Of a stretch of DNA of 64,000 bases, positions 21,106 to 31,043 are shown in pieces. The translations under genes were made by a program, and so were the position numbers. Where the stretch lies: assembly GCF_027019125.1 (NCBI RefSeq), contig NZ_JALUXE010000004.1:21785-85784 (forward strand). The letters are read 5' to 3'. The notes beneath the pieces were generated by a model, which made no database searches, had not been told where the DNA came from, and worked only from the letters and a program-made list of their open reading frames with translations. The first letter of the stretch is position 1. Each line of letters opens with the position of its first letter. This stretch comes from Roseovarius sp. GTDB lineage: Bacteria; Pseudomonadota; Alphaproteobacteria; Rhodobacterales; Rhodobacteraceae.

Positions 21106-24056
21106 CCCAAGTTAATCGCCTCGCTGGCGGGTTGATCGACCGCAGCCGCACCATTTCCTTCCGCTTCGACGACAAATGGATGAAGGGCCATCCCGGCGAT
21201 ACCCTCGCCTCGGCGCTGCTGGCCAATGGCGTGCGCCTGATGGGCCGCTCGTTCAAATACCACCGCCCGCGCGGCCCCCTTTCGGCGGGCTCCGAAGAAC
21301 CCAACGCCATTGTCGAATTGCGCGACGGCGCGCGGCGCGAACCCAACACCCGCGCCACCACCGCCGAGCTTTTCGACGGCCTCACCGCGCAGTCGCAGAA
21401 CCGCTGGCCCTCGCTTGCCTTTGATGCGCTCGCGATCAACGACCGCCTGTCGAATTTCTTTGCCGCCGGGTTCTACTACAAAACCTTCATGTGGCCCGCG
21501 GCCTTCTGGGAAAAACTCTACGAGCCGATCATCCGCCGTGCCGCGGGCCTCGGCTCGCTCAGCCTGCAAGCCGACCCCGACAGCTACGACAAGGGCTATC
21601 TGCACTGCGACCTGCTGATCATCGGTGCTGGTCCCGCCGGTCTGGCGGCGGCGCTGACCGCGGGCGAATCCGGTCTCAACGTCATCCTCGCGGATGAAGA
21701 TTCCCTGCCCGGTGGCCGCCTCAACATCGAAACCTATGGACTTGGCCAACAATCTGGCGCCGATTGGGCCGCCGAGGCCACCGAGCGTCTGGCCGCCCTG
21801 CCCAATGTCCGCCTCATGACCCGCACCACCGTGCTCGGGGCTTTCGATCACGGCATCTACGGCGCGCTCGAACGCGTGAGCGATCACCTGCCCGTCCCCC
21901 CCGAGGGCAAGCCGCGCCAGATCCTGTGGCGCATCTATTCGCGCCGCGCCATCCTTGCCGCCGGGGCCACCGAACGCCCCATCGTGTTCGAGAACAACGA
22001 CCGCCCCGGCATCATGCTGGCAGGCTCGCTGCGCGCCTATGCCAACCGCTGGGCCGCCACCCCGGCACCGGAAATCGCCGTCTTTACCAACAACGACGAC
22101 GGCCACCGCACCGCACAGGACTTGCGCGCCAAGGGTGTCACCGTCGCCGCCGTGATCGACACGCGCGCGCAGGCCCCCAAGGGCAACGGGTACGAGGTGA
22201 TCGCGGGCGGCACCGTCACAAACACCTCGGGCCGCCTTGGCCTGTCACGGATCGAGGTGACGGATGCACGCGGCAGCCGCCGCACGATCCGCTGCGGCGC
22301 GCTCGGCGTCTCGGGCGGCTGGAACCCCAACGTCAGCCTCACCTGCCATCAGCGTGGCCGCCCCACATGGAACGCCGATATTCACGCCTTCGTCCCCGGC
22401 GGCACCCTGCCCGAGGGCATGGTGGTCGCAGGGGCGGCCAACGGTCTCTTCTCGACCCATGCCGCCCTCACCTCCGGGGCCGACATCGCGGCCCGGATCG
22501 CCACAGAGCTTGGCCACAGCGCCACCCGCCCCGACCTGCCGCAGGCCGAGGATACGCCGCTCGCCATCACCCCGTTCTGGCATGTCAAAGGGGCCAAGCG
22601 CGCCTGGGTCGACCAACAGAACGACGTGACCGCCAAGGATGTGAAACTGGCACATCAGGAGAATTTCGTCTCCGTCGAGCATCTCAAGCGCTATACCACG
22701 CTTGGCATGGCCACCGATCAGGGCAAGACCTCGAACACCGCCGGTCTCGCGATCATGGCCGAGGTGGCGGGCAAATCCATCCCCGAGGTGGGCACCACCA
22801 TGTTCCGCCCGCCCTATACCCCCACCGCCATCGGGGCCTTTGCGGGCCGCGCGCGCGGCAAGGATTTCCGCCCCACCCGCAAGACCCCGAGCCATTTCTG
22901 GGCCGAGGAACAGGGCGCGGTCTTTGTCGAGGTGGGCATGTGGCTGCGCGCCCAATGGTTCCCGCGCCCCGGCGAAACCCACTGGCGGCAGAGCGTGGAC
23001 CGCGAAGTCCTGCAAACCCGCGCTTCCGTCGGCATCTGCGATGTGACGACCCTGGGCAAGATCGACGTGCAGGGGGCGGATGCCGCCGCCTTCCTCAACA
23101 AGATCTATTGCAACGCCTTCGCCAAGCTGCCCGTCGGGCGCACCCGCTATGGCCTCATGCTGCGCGAGGACGGCATTGCCATGGATGACGGCACCGCCGC
23201 ACGCCTGGCCGAGGATCATTTCGTGGTCACGACCACCACCGCCAACGCGGTCACGGTCTATCGCCACATGGAATTCGTGCGCCAGTGCCTCTGCCCGGAC
23301 ATGGATGTGCAACTCATCTCCACGACCGAGGCCTGGGCGCAGTTTTCCGTGGCTGGCCCCAACGCCCGCAAACTGCTGCAAAAGGTGGTCGACCCCAAGT
23401 TCGACATCTCCAACGAGGGCTTCCCCTTCATGGCCTGCGGCGAGATCACGGTTTGCGGCGGCCTGCGCGCGCGGCTCTTCCGCATCTCCTTCTCGGGCGA
23501 ACTGGCCTATGAAATCGCCGTGCCCACGCGCTATGGCGATGCCATGATCCGCCGCCTGATGGAGGCGGGGCGCGAATTCGACGTGGTCGCCTACGGCACC
23601 GAGGCGCTCGGCGTCATGCGTATCGAAAAGGGCCACGCGGCCGGCAACGAGCTGAACGGCACCACCACCGCCCTCAATCTCGGAATGGGCAAGATGGTCT
23701 CGACCAACAAGGACTCGATCGGTGCCGTGCTCTCCCGCCGTGAGGGTCTCAATGCGCCGGACGCGCTGCGCCTCGTCGGCCTGCGCCCTGTGGATCGCTC
23801 CAAACCCGTGCCCGCCGGCGCGCACCTGATGACCAAGGGCAGCCCGGTCGATGCCGCCCATGATCAGGGCTATGTGACCTCTGCCTGCTACTCGCCCAAC
23901 CTGGGGCATTCCATTGCGCTGGCCTTCCTCAAATCGGGCGATACCCGCATGGGCGAAATCCTGCGCCTTGTCTCGCCCCTGACCGGCTTTGACCACGAAG
24001 TCGAAGTCGTCAGCGCCCATTTCGTCGATCCAGAAGGAGAGCGCCTCCGTGCATGA
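21102..24056 (+). CDS. soxA: Sarcosine oxidase-family subunit alpha
   Basis: 984 aa; GDTLASALLANG, GAGPAG, KRYTTLGMATDQGK, GcvT-like C-terminal half. Confidence 0.96.
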   Translation: MTQVNRLAGGLIDRSRTISFRFDDKWMKGHPGDTLASALLANGVRLMGRSFKYHRPRGPLSAGSEEPNAIVELRDGARREPNTRATTAELFDGLTAQSQNRWPSLAFDALAINDRLSNFFAAGFYYKTFMWPAAFWEKLYEPIIRRAAGLGSLSLQADPDSYDKGYLHCDLLIIGAGPAGLAAALTAGESGLNVILADEDSLPGGRLNIETYGLGQQSGADWAAEATERLAALPNVRLMTRTTVLGAFDHGIYGALERVSDHLPVPPEGKPRQILWRIYSRRAILAAGATERPIVFENNDRPGIMLAGSLRAYANRWAATPAPEIAVFTNNDDGHRTAQDLRAKGVTVAAVIDTRAQAPKGNGYEVIAGGTVTNTSGRLGLSRIEVTDARGSRRTIRCGALGVSGGWNPNVSLTCHQRGRPTWNADIHAFVPGGTLPEGMVVAGAANGLFSTHAALTSGADIAARIATELGHSATRPDLPQAEDTPLAITPFWHVKGAKRAWVDQQNDVTAKDVKLAHQENFVSVEHLKRYTTLGMATDQGKTSNTAGLAIMAEVAGKSIPEVGTTMFRPPYTPTAIGAFAGRARGKDFRPTRKTPSHFWAEEQGAVFVEVGMWLRAQWFPRPGETHWRQSVDREVLQTRASVGICDVTTLGKIDVQGADAAAFLNKIYCNAFAKLPVGRTRYGLMLREDGIAMDDGTAARLAEDHFVVTTTTANAVTVYRHMEFVRQCLCPDMDVQLISTTEAWAQFSVAGPNARKLLQKVVDPKFDISNEGFPFMACGEITVCGGLRARLFRISFSGELAYEIAVPTRYGDAMIRRLMEAGREFDVVAYGTEALGVMRIEKGHAAGNELNGTTTALNLGMGKMVSTNKDSIGAVLSRREGLNAPDALRLVGLRPVDRSKPVPAGAHLMTKGSPVDAAHDQGYVTSACYSPNLGHSIALAFLKSGDTRMGEILRLVSPLTGFDHEVEVVSAHFVDPEGERLRA

Positions 24057-24609
24057 TCTCATCGCCATCAGCCCGCTCGGGGCCACCCGTCCCCGCATCG
24101 ACAACCACGGTCCCGTGACCCTGACCGAAGTCACCGACCGCGCGCTGGCCTCCGTCGCTGCCCGCCTCGGGCACGAGGCGCAGGCCACGGCCCTTGTGAC
24201 CGCCCTGATCGGCGCCCCGGCCCCCGGCCCTGCCCGCATGGCGGGCGATACCCTTACCGCCTTCTGGATGGGACCGGATCAATGGATGCTGGACGCGCCG
24301 ATTGACAGCCACGAAGATCTGGCAGAGCGGATCACGGCAGAGGCCAAAGGCTCCGCCAGCGTCACCGACCAGACCGGCGCCTGGTGCCGCTTTGATCTGA
24401 CGGGGGACGGATTGGCCGATGTCTTGGAACGCCTCACAAACGCCAATACCCGCGCCTTCGCAGGCGGCGAGGCGCAGCGCGCAGCGGTCGAACATATGGG
24501 ATGCTTTCTGCTCTGCCACAGCCCGCGCCATATCTCGGTGATCGGTCCGCGCTCGTCAGCCGGCTCGCTGCATCACGCGCTCCTGACCGCGATCCGCTCG
24601 GCGCACTAG
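24049..24609 (+). CDS. soxG: Sarcosine oxidase-family subunit gamma
   Basis: WMGPDQW, VTDQTGAW, RSSAGSL; GTG start overlaps the soxA end. Confidence 0.9.
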   Translation: MHDLIAISPLGATRPRIDNHGPVTLTEVTDRALASVAARLGHEAQATALVTALIGAPAPGPARMAGDTLTAFWMGPDQWMLDAPIDSHEDLAERITAEAKGSASVTDQTGAWCRFDLTGDGLADVLERLTNANTRAFAGGEAQRAAVEHMGCFLLCHSPRHISVIGPRSSAGSLHHALLTAIRSAH

Positions 24610-24612
24610 CCC

Positions 24613-24716
24613 CGTCCCGGGCTTGCCCCGGGACCTCACCATTCCCAAAAAAAGGCCCCGGCTCAAGGCCGGGGCGCTCCCCATCCGCAACCATGCCGGG
24701 CCTGCCCCGGGACCTC
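24613..24716. repeat. Cluster of three REP-like palindromic units (+,-,+), CGTC-tagged type
   Basis: CGTCCCGGGCTTGCCCCGGGACCTC (24613-24637), AGGCCCCGGCTCAAGGCCGGGGCG (24653-24676, inverted), TGCCGGGCCTGCCCCGGGACCTC (24694-24716), between convergent genes. Confidence 0.72.
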
Positions 24717-24736
24717 AAAAAGCCCCGAGACTTCCC

Positions 24737-25879
24737 CTACCCATCCAGCGCCTGCGCCAGATCGGCGATCAGGTCGCCCGCATCCTCGATCCCCACCGAA
24801 AACCGCAACAGCCCCTCGGGGATGCCCGTATGCGGCTCGATCGTATGGCGATGCTCCACCAGGCTCTCGACCCCGCCCAGCGACGTCGCCCGATGGAAAA
24901 GCTGCAACCGCCCCGCCACCTGCAACGCCCGCTCGCGCCCGCCTGCCACCACGGCCGACAGCAGATAGCCATAGCCGCCGCACATCTGCCGCGTGGCAAT
25001 GGCATGGCCCGCGTGGCTCTCCAATCCGGGGTAAAGCACCGTCTCGACCTGCGAATGCCCCTCCAGATACCTTGCCACGGCCAGCGCATTCTCGCACATC
25101 CGCTCCATCCTGAGCGGCAGCGTGCGCATCCCCCGCATCAAGAGCCACGCCTCGAACGGCCCCATCACCGCCCCCGCATCATGCCGGTCGGTCACGATCT
25201 CCTGCCACATGGGATTGCCCGGCTCGCGGCAGGACAGCACCCCCGCCAACACATCGGAATGCCCGTTCAGCGCCTTGGTGCCCGAATGCATGACAATATC
25301 CGCGCCCAGATCCAGCGCCCGCGTCAGCACCGGCGTCGCCGCCGTGCCATCGACCACCAGAATGGCCCCCGCCTTATGCGCCATCCCCGCCGCTGTGGCG
25401 ATCTCGACCGTTTTCAGCCACGGGTTCGACGGTGTCTCGATCCAGACCATATCCGCCGAAGACCGGCACGCCGCCGCCAGGGCCGCCGGGTCCGACGCGT
25501 CAATCTCGTCCAGCAGGATCGCGCGGCGCACACAATAGGCCCGCACCCATTTCAGCGTGCCCCAGTAAATGCCGGTCTGCATCACCACCCGCGCACCACT
25601 GGGCAGCGCGCGAAACACCGCCGCCACCGCCGCCATGCCGCTGGGAAAGAGCAGCGTCGCCGCAGCCCCCTCCAACTGCCGGATCACCTCTTCGGCCTGC
25701 CTCACCGTGTCGTTCTGATCGCGCCCATACATGTTGTCAGGCCGCAGCAGCGCATAGTCTGCATCCCGCGTATAGGTCGTGGCCAGCGAGATGCCCGGCA
25801 CCACGCCGCCTGTCGCCGTGTCCTTGGCCCCAGCCGCCTGCGCGGCAATCGTTGCGGGTTTCAGCGGTTCATTCTTCAT
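24737..25879 (-). CDS. PLP-dependent transferase, Cys/Met metabolism family (cystathionine gamma-synthase/lyase-like)
   Basis: FPSGMAAV, WIETPSNP, HSGTKALNGHSD (PLP lysine), TSLGGVESL. Confidence 0.92.
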   Translation of the reverse strand: MKNEPLKPATIAAQAAGAKDTATGGVVPGISLATTYTRDADYALLRPDNMYGRDQNDTVRQAEEVIRQLEGAAATLLFPSGMAAVAAVFRALPSGARVVMQTGIYWGTLKWVRAYCVRRAILLDEIDASDPAALAAACRSSADMVWIETPSNPWLKTVEIATAAGMAHKAGAILVVDGTAATPVLTRALDLGADIVMHSGTKALNGHSDVLAGVLSCREPGNPMWQEIVTDRHDAGAVMGPFEAWLLMRGMRTLPLRMERMCENALAVARYLEGHSQVETVLYPGLESHAGHAIATRQMCGGYGYLLSAVVAGGRERALQVAGRLQLFHRATSLGGVESLVEHRHTIEPHTGIPEGLLRFSVGIEDAGDLIADLAQALDG

Positions 25880-26628
25880 GCGTCGATCTTTCCATGTTCC
25901 ATCGCAAAGAGCCGCCCCGGCCCCCATCCCCGCGCATCGGCCCCGGCCCGGCGCAGCATATCCCACAAGAGTGCCTGATTCGAGGTGACGACCGGCAGGC
26001 CCAATTCCGCCTCCACCGCCCCGATCACGCCGAAGGTGCGCAAATTGGTGCAACTGGCGAAAACCGCCTCCACCCCCGGCACACGTCCCGCCTCCAGCAT
26101 GGCCCGCCGCGTGCTGGCCTCGGTGATGCGCGCCACGGTCCAATCCTCTTTCTGCCCGAAACTGACCGCATGGATCACTTCGATCCCCGCCGCGCCAAGC
26201 GCCGCCGCCATCGGCCCGCTCACCTCGCGCACATAGGGCGTGACCATCGCGATGCGCCGCACCTGCAACCGATGCAGCGCCGCGATCACGGCGCTCAGCG
26301 GGTTCGTGACCGGAACGCCGGGATGCGCCAGATGGATCAGCCGCGCCACCTCGTCCGATCCGATGATCGTCGCCCCCGAGGTGCAGGCATAGGCCACCGC
26401 CTGCAACCCGCGCGGCAAGAGCGCCGCCGTGCGCGTCATCTCGGGCGCCATGCGCGCCAGATCCTCGGGCGTCACATCGGCCTGCGCCGGAATGCGCGCG
26501 TGCAGCAGGTTCACATCCCGCCCCGCCAGCGCCATCCGCGCCTCGTATTCCACCGTTTCATCGGTGCTGAGCACGATCATCCCAAGCCGCAGCCCAGACC
26601 CCGCTCCACCATCCAGATCATACTCCAT
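25876..26628 (-). CDS. Asp/Glu racemase / maleate cis-trans isomerase family protein
   Basis: [15 protein letters not shown] and SCTNL cysteine motifs, VTSNQA. Confidence 0.88.
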   Translation of the reverse strand: MEYDLDGGAGSGLRLGMIVLSTDETVEYEARMALAGRDVNLLHARIPAQADVTPEDLARMAPEMTRTAALLPRGLQAVAYACTSGATIIGSDEVARLIHLAHPGVPVTNPLSAVIAALHRLQVRRIAMVTPYVREVSGPMAAALGAAGIEVIHAVSFGQKEDWTVARITEASTRRAMLEAGRVPGVEAVFASCTNLRTFGVIGAVEAELGLPVVTSNQALLWDMLRRAGADARGWGPGRLFAMEHGKIDA

Positions 26629-27728
26629 CACCGCCCCTCCACCCGGCTGATTGTCCCGCCCGACACGGCGGCGCGCACCCCCGTGGTGCTGGCGCAGGAC
26701 GTAGGCAGTCCCCGCGCCACCCGCACCGCCAGATAGGCAAAGGCCTGCGCCTCCAGCATATCCCCATCGAGCCCCACCGCCTCGACCGGCTCCACCGGGC
26801 AATCGAGGGCCGCGCGCAGCATCTGCATCATCACGGCGTTATGCCGCCCGCCGCCCGTCACCAGCAAGCGCGCGGGCGGGCGCGGGCAATGCTCCATCCC
26901 GCGCAGGATCGCCGCCGCCGCCATGCCGGTCAGCGTCGCCACCGCATCCGCATCGCCCAACTCGCCCACCAATCCGATCATGTCGGCGAATGTGTCCCGA
27001 TCCAGCGACTTGGGCGGCATCCGCAGGAAGTAGGGCTCATCCAGGAACAGCTCCAACGCCCCTTGCGCCACCTCGCCCTGTCGCGCCAAGGCGCCATCGC
27101 GGTCAAACGCCTCTCCGCGCCGCGCCAGCATGAGATCGTTGATCGGCGCATTGGCCGGGCCGGTATCAAAGGCCAGAATGGCCCCCGGCTCCTCTGGCCG
27201 CGCAAACCTCGGATCAAGCCAGGTGATATTCCCGACCCCGCCAAGGTTCAGAAACGCCAGCGGCTCCTCAGCCCCGATCCACTTGGCACAGGCGAAATGA
27301 AAGAACGGGGCCAGGGGCGCGCCCTCGCCCCCCAGCCGAATATCCGCGCTGCGAAAATCCCAGACCACCGGCAGGCCCAGACCCTCGGCCAAACGCGCGC
27401 CATCGCCCAACTGATGCGTGCCCCGCCCGCGCGGCTCATGCGCCAGCGTCTGCCCGTGAAACCCCACCAGCGCCGCGCCCTCGAACTGGCTCAGGACCTC
27501 CAGATGCGCGCGTTCAACCAGCGCTTGCGCCTCTTCCAGATCTTCGCCCGGCCACTTCCCCAGGGCGGCGGACAAAACCGCCTGCTCCTCGGCGGAATAT
27601 CCACGATAAGCGGTTGGCCCAAAGGCAAAAATCGTCTCGCCATCGGTCTCGACCATGGCCGCATCCACCCCATCCAACGAGGTGCCCGACATCGCCCCCA
27701 ACGCCCAGAGGCGCTCCGCCTTCAACAT
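26628..27728 (-). CDS. anmK: Anhydro-N-acetylmuramic acid kinase
   Basis: [43 protein letters not shown]. Confidence 0.96.
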   Translation of the reverse strand: MLKAERLWALGAMSGTSLDGVDAAMVETDGETIFAFGPTAYRGYSAEEQAVLSAALGKWPGEDLEEAQALVERAHLEVLSQFEGAALVGFHGQTLAHEPRGRGTHQLGDGARLAEGLGLPVVWDFRSADIRLGGEGAPLAPFFHFACAKWIGAEEPLAFLNLGGVGNITWLDPRFARPEEPGAILAFDTGPANAPINDLMLARRGEAFDRDGALARQGEVAQGALELFLDEPYFLRMPPKSLDRDTFADMIGLVGELGDADAVATLTGMAAAAILRGMEHCPRPPARLLVTGGGRHNAVMMQMLRAALDCPVEPVEAVGLDGDMLEAQAFAYLAVRVARGLPTSCASTTGVRAAVSGGTISRVEGR

Positions 27729-27791
27729 GGCCTTTTCCTTTGCCCACCGACTGCATATACATGCCGCGCAAACCAAGCCGGGACAAGCATT

Positions 27792-29045
27792 ATGACCTAT
27801 CGCCCCAAATCCGATTTCCTGAACGTGATGACGTCGCGCGGCTATCTCGCCGACTGCACCGATTATCAGGGTCTGGACGAGGCGCTGCAGGCTGGAACCG
27901 TCACCGCCTATATCGGCTACGACGCCACGGCAAAATCTCTGCATGTCGGGCACCTGCTCAACATCATGATGCTGCGCTGGCTGCAAAAGACCGGGCACCG
28001 CCCCATCACGCTCATGGGCGGCGGCACCACCAAGGTGGGCGATCCTTCGTTCCGCTCGGATGAACGTCCGCTGCTCTCACCTGCGCAGATCGACGAAAAT
28101 ATCGCCGGCATGAACCGCGTCTTTGCCCGCTACCTCGCCTATGGCGACGGGCCGCAGGATGCCATGATGCTCAACAACGCCGAATGGCTCGACGGGCTGA
28201 ACTACCTCGAATTCCTGCGCGACATCGGGCGGCATTTCTCGGTGAACCGGATGCTCAGCTTTGAATCGGTGAAATCGCGCCTCGACCGCGAGCAATCGCT
28301 GTCGTTCCTCGAATTCAACTACATGATCCTGCAAGCCTATGATTTCCTTGAACTGAACCGCCGTCATGGCTGCGTCCTGCAGATGGGCGGCTCGGATCAA
28401 TGGGGCAATATCATCAACGGCATCGACCTCACCCGCCGCGTGATCGACCACGAGGTCTTTGGCCTCACCTCGCCGCTGCTGACCACCTCGGACGGGCGCA
28501 AGATGGGCAAATCGGCGGGCGGCGCGGTCTGGCTTTCGGCCGACATGCTCAGCCCCTATGAATTCTGGCAGTTCTGGCGCAACACCACCGACGCCGATAC
28601 CGGACGCTTCCTCAAACTCTACACCGAACTGCCGATCGAGGAATGCGAGCGCCTTGGCGCCCTGGAAGGCTCCGAGATCAATGCCGCCAAGATCATTCTC
28701 GCCAATGAGGTCACGACCCTCCTGCACGGGGCCGAGGCAGCAGCCGCCGCCGAGGCGACCGCCCGCGAAGTGTTCGAGCGGGGTGGCGTGGGTGATGATC
28801 TCCCCACCGTCGAGGTGACAGCCGAGGAAGTGTCCGAGGGAATTTCCATCGTGCAACTCATCGTGCGCGCCGGACTCGCCAAATCCGGCAAAGAGGCCAA
28901 ACGCCTCATCACTGAAAACGGCGCGCGTCTGGATGACGAACCGTTAACCGACGCAGGCCTGATGATCGACGCCGCCGCCCTCCAATCACCGATCAAGCTG
29001 TCGGCGGGCAAGAAGCGGCACGCCCTCGTCAAGCTGTCCGATTGA
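27792..29045 (+). CDS. tyrS: Tyrosine--tRNA ligase
   Basis: [17 protein letters not shown]; true ATG at 27792 inside the long track ORF. Confidence 0.98.
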   Translation: MTYRPKSDFLNVMTSRGYLADCTDYQGLDEALQAGTVTAYIGYDATAKSLHVGHLLNIMMLRWLQKTGHRPITLMGGGTTKVGDPSFRSDERPLLSPAQIDENIAGMNRVFARYLAYGDGPQDAMMLNNAEWLDGLNYLEFLRDIGRHFSVNRMLSFESVKSRLDREQSLSFLEFNYMILQAYDFLELNRRHGCVLQMGGSDQWGNIINGIDLTRRVIDHEVFGLTSPLLTTSDGRKMGKSAGGAVWLSADMLSPYEFWQFWRNTTDADTGRFLKLYTELPIEECERLGALEGSEINAAKIILANEVTTLLHGAEAAAAAEATAREVFERGGVGDDLPTVEVTAEEVSEGISIVQLIVRAGLAKSGKEAKRLITENGARLDDEPLTDAGLMIDAAALQSPIKLSAGKKRHALVKLSD

Positions 29046-29064
29046 GCGGCAAATCCTGACACCG

Positions 29065-29098
29065 GACCTTACAAAATCGGCCTCCGATTTGTAAGGTC
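29065..29098. terminator. Long palindrome between convergent tyrS and aroB (bidirectional terminator or REP-like)
   Basis: GACCTTACAAAATCGG-cct-CCGATTTGTAAGGTC, 15-bp stem with one bulge. Confidence 0.6.
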
Positions 29099-29106
29099 TG
29101 TAAGGT

Positions 29107-30225
29107 TCACCCCCGCCCGCGCAGCGCCTCTTTCAGCACGTCACGCACCGCTTCCGGCGGCACATCCGAGGTGATGAACGCCTCGCCGATACCGCGCGCA
29201 AGAATAAAGCGCAGCTTGCCATCGACGACCTTTTTATCCTGCCCCATGAGCGCGATCAGCCCATCGGCATCCGGCAAATCTCCTGATATATCAGATAGAT
29301 CAACCTTCATCTTCATGTCGCGAAAATGCGCCCGCACCCGGCTTGGGTCCTCTTGCGAGCACAGCCCCAACCGCGCCGACACCTCGAACGCGAGCGCACA
29401 GCCAATCGCCACCCCTTCCCCATGCAAGAGCCGCGACCCATCATAGTGTGTGGCCGACTCCAGTGCATGACAAAATGTATGCCCCAGATTGAGCAACGCC
29501 CTGTCGCCCTGCTCGGTCTCGTCGCGGGTCACGATCTCGGCCTTCATCTCGACCGAGCGTTTGACCAGATGGATACGCGCCGCCATATCACCGCTTGCCG
29601 CACGTGAAGCATTGACCTCAAGCCATTGAAAAAATTCACTATCCCCAAGCAATCCGTATTTGGCGACCTCACCGTATCCCGCAAGGTAGTCCCGCTCTGT
29701 CAGCGTGCCCAGGACCTCGGTATCAGCCAGAACCAGGCTCGGTTGATGGAACGCTCCGATCAGGTTCTTGCCTTGGGGTGCATTGATCCCGGTCTTGCCC
29801 CCCACCGAACTGTCCACTTGCGCGAGCAAACTCGTGGGAACCTGAACAAACCGCACGCCCCGCCGCAGCACTGCCGCCGCAAAGCCCACCAGATCGCCGA
29901 TCACGCCGCCGCCAAAGGCAATCACCACGTCATTGCGCTCGATCTTTTCCTCCAGCAACCATTCGACCACCCGCTCGAAATGCGGCCAGGATTTGGTCGC
30001 CTCTCCCGCCGGAAGGGTCAAGGAAACCGACGAAATCCCCTGAATTTCCAATCCTTTGCAGAGCGTTTCCAGATGCAATGGCCCAACCGTGGCATCGGTC
30101 ACGATCGCCACGCACGGACGCCGCAAGAGCGGCCCGATCAACGCCCCGGCCTGTCCCAACAGTCCCGGTCCGATGTGGATGTCATACTCCCGCCCCGGCA
30201 GGCCCACATGCACGATCTCGGTCAT
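29107..30225 (-). CDS. aroB: 3-dehydroquinate synthase
   Basis: GGGVIGD, DSSVGGKTG, LNLGHTF. Confidence 0.97.
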   Translation of the reverse strand: MTEIVHVGLPGREYDIHIGPGLLGQAGALIGPLLRRPCVAIVTDATVGPLHLETLCKGLEIQGISSVSLTLPAGEATKSWPHFERVVEWLLEEKIERNDVVIAFGGGVIGDLVGFAAAVLRRGVRFVQVPTSLLAQVDSSVGGKTGINAPQGKNLIGAFHQPSLVLADTEVLGTLTERDYLAGYGEVAKYGLLGDSEFFQWLEVNASRAASGDMAARIHLVKRSVEMKAEIVTRDETEQGDRALLNLGHTFCHALESATHYDGSRLLHGEGVAIGCALAFEVSARLGLCSQEDPSRVRAHFRDMKMKVDLSDISGDLPDADGLIALMGQDKKVVDGKLRFILARGIGEAFITSDVPPEAVRDVLKEALRGRG

Positions 30226-30803
30226 TTCACCCACTCCAATATGTCCTTGCGAGCGCTGAGCGCGTTAAGAACTTGCTCGGCCATCGCCTCGACGCTGTAT
30301 TCCGGTCGCGCCTGCACCCGTATCTCGGCCAACTGATAGATCGGCACGCGGGCATTGTAGATCTGTGTCAGCGTCTCGAATGGATGAGCTGTGCGCAGTA
30401 AGGGTCTGGTATTCTTTCCTTTTACCCGCGACCACAAAAGCGGCAAGTCCGCATCGAGCCAGACCGAAACGCCCTTGCGCGCCACCAGTTCGCGGTTGCG
30501 CTCGGCCAGAAACGCGCCACCCCCGGTGGACAGGATCGCCTTCGGCCCATCGAGCAGCCTGTCAATCACCTCGGTTTCTCGCGCACGAAAGAATGTCTCT
30601 CCATCCCTTTGAAATATCTCGGAAATTGCCATGTTTGCGGCCTTCTCGATCTCGGCATCCGAATCAAGAAACGGCACGCCAAGACGCGCCGCCAGTGCCT
30701 TGCCCACCGCCGTCTTGCCTGCCCCCATCATGCCCACCAGCACGACCGTCTTGCCCAATTTCCAGTGCCCCTTGGCCGACACTTTCGGCGCTCCCTTGCC
30801 CAT
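30222..30803 (-). CDS. aroK: Shikimate kinase
   Basis: GMMGAGKT, FLDSD, STGGG, RPLL. Confidence 0.97.
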   Translation of the reverse strand: MGKGAPKVSAKGHWKLGKTVVLVGMMGAGKTAVGKALAARLGVPFLDSDAEIEKAANMAISEIFQRDGETFFRARETEVIDRLLDGPKAILSTGGGAFLAERNRELVARKGVSVWLDADLPLLWSRVKGKNTRPLLRTAHPFETLTQIYNARVPIYQLAEIRVQARPEYSVEAMAEQVLNALSARKDILEWVK

Positions 30804-30893
30804 TCACAAAGTTTTTCACTCAATGACGTGATCTTGCGCAAAAGGCCAGTTATAACTTGGGAAAAAGAACAGGCAAAAGAGGCAGGGGATGAC

Positions 30894-31043
30894 ATGCTAA
30901 GATTGATCAAATGGCTGATTTATCTGGCAATTCTTGGATTTATCGCTTTGGTTGCCTATGCCTATATCGGGCCGTTTTTTGGCGCGGACTTCTCGCCTGA
31001 TCAGATCGAGATTCGGCAGGACATCATTCTTGATACGGATTAG
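30894..31043 (+). CDS. Small single-TM hypothetical protein (49 aa)
   Basis: MLRLIKWLIYLAILGFIALVAYAYIGPFFGADF; usual arrangement before the xerD operon in this family. Confidence 0.75.
   Translation: MLRLIKWLIYLAILGFIALVAYAYIGPFFGADFSPDQIEIRQDIILDTD

Noticed and set aside
26841-29045. 734-aa ORF suggesting an N-terminally extended TyrRS
   Set aside because: The extension is the antisense shadow of anmK; TyrRS begins at ATG 27792.
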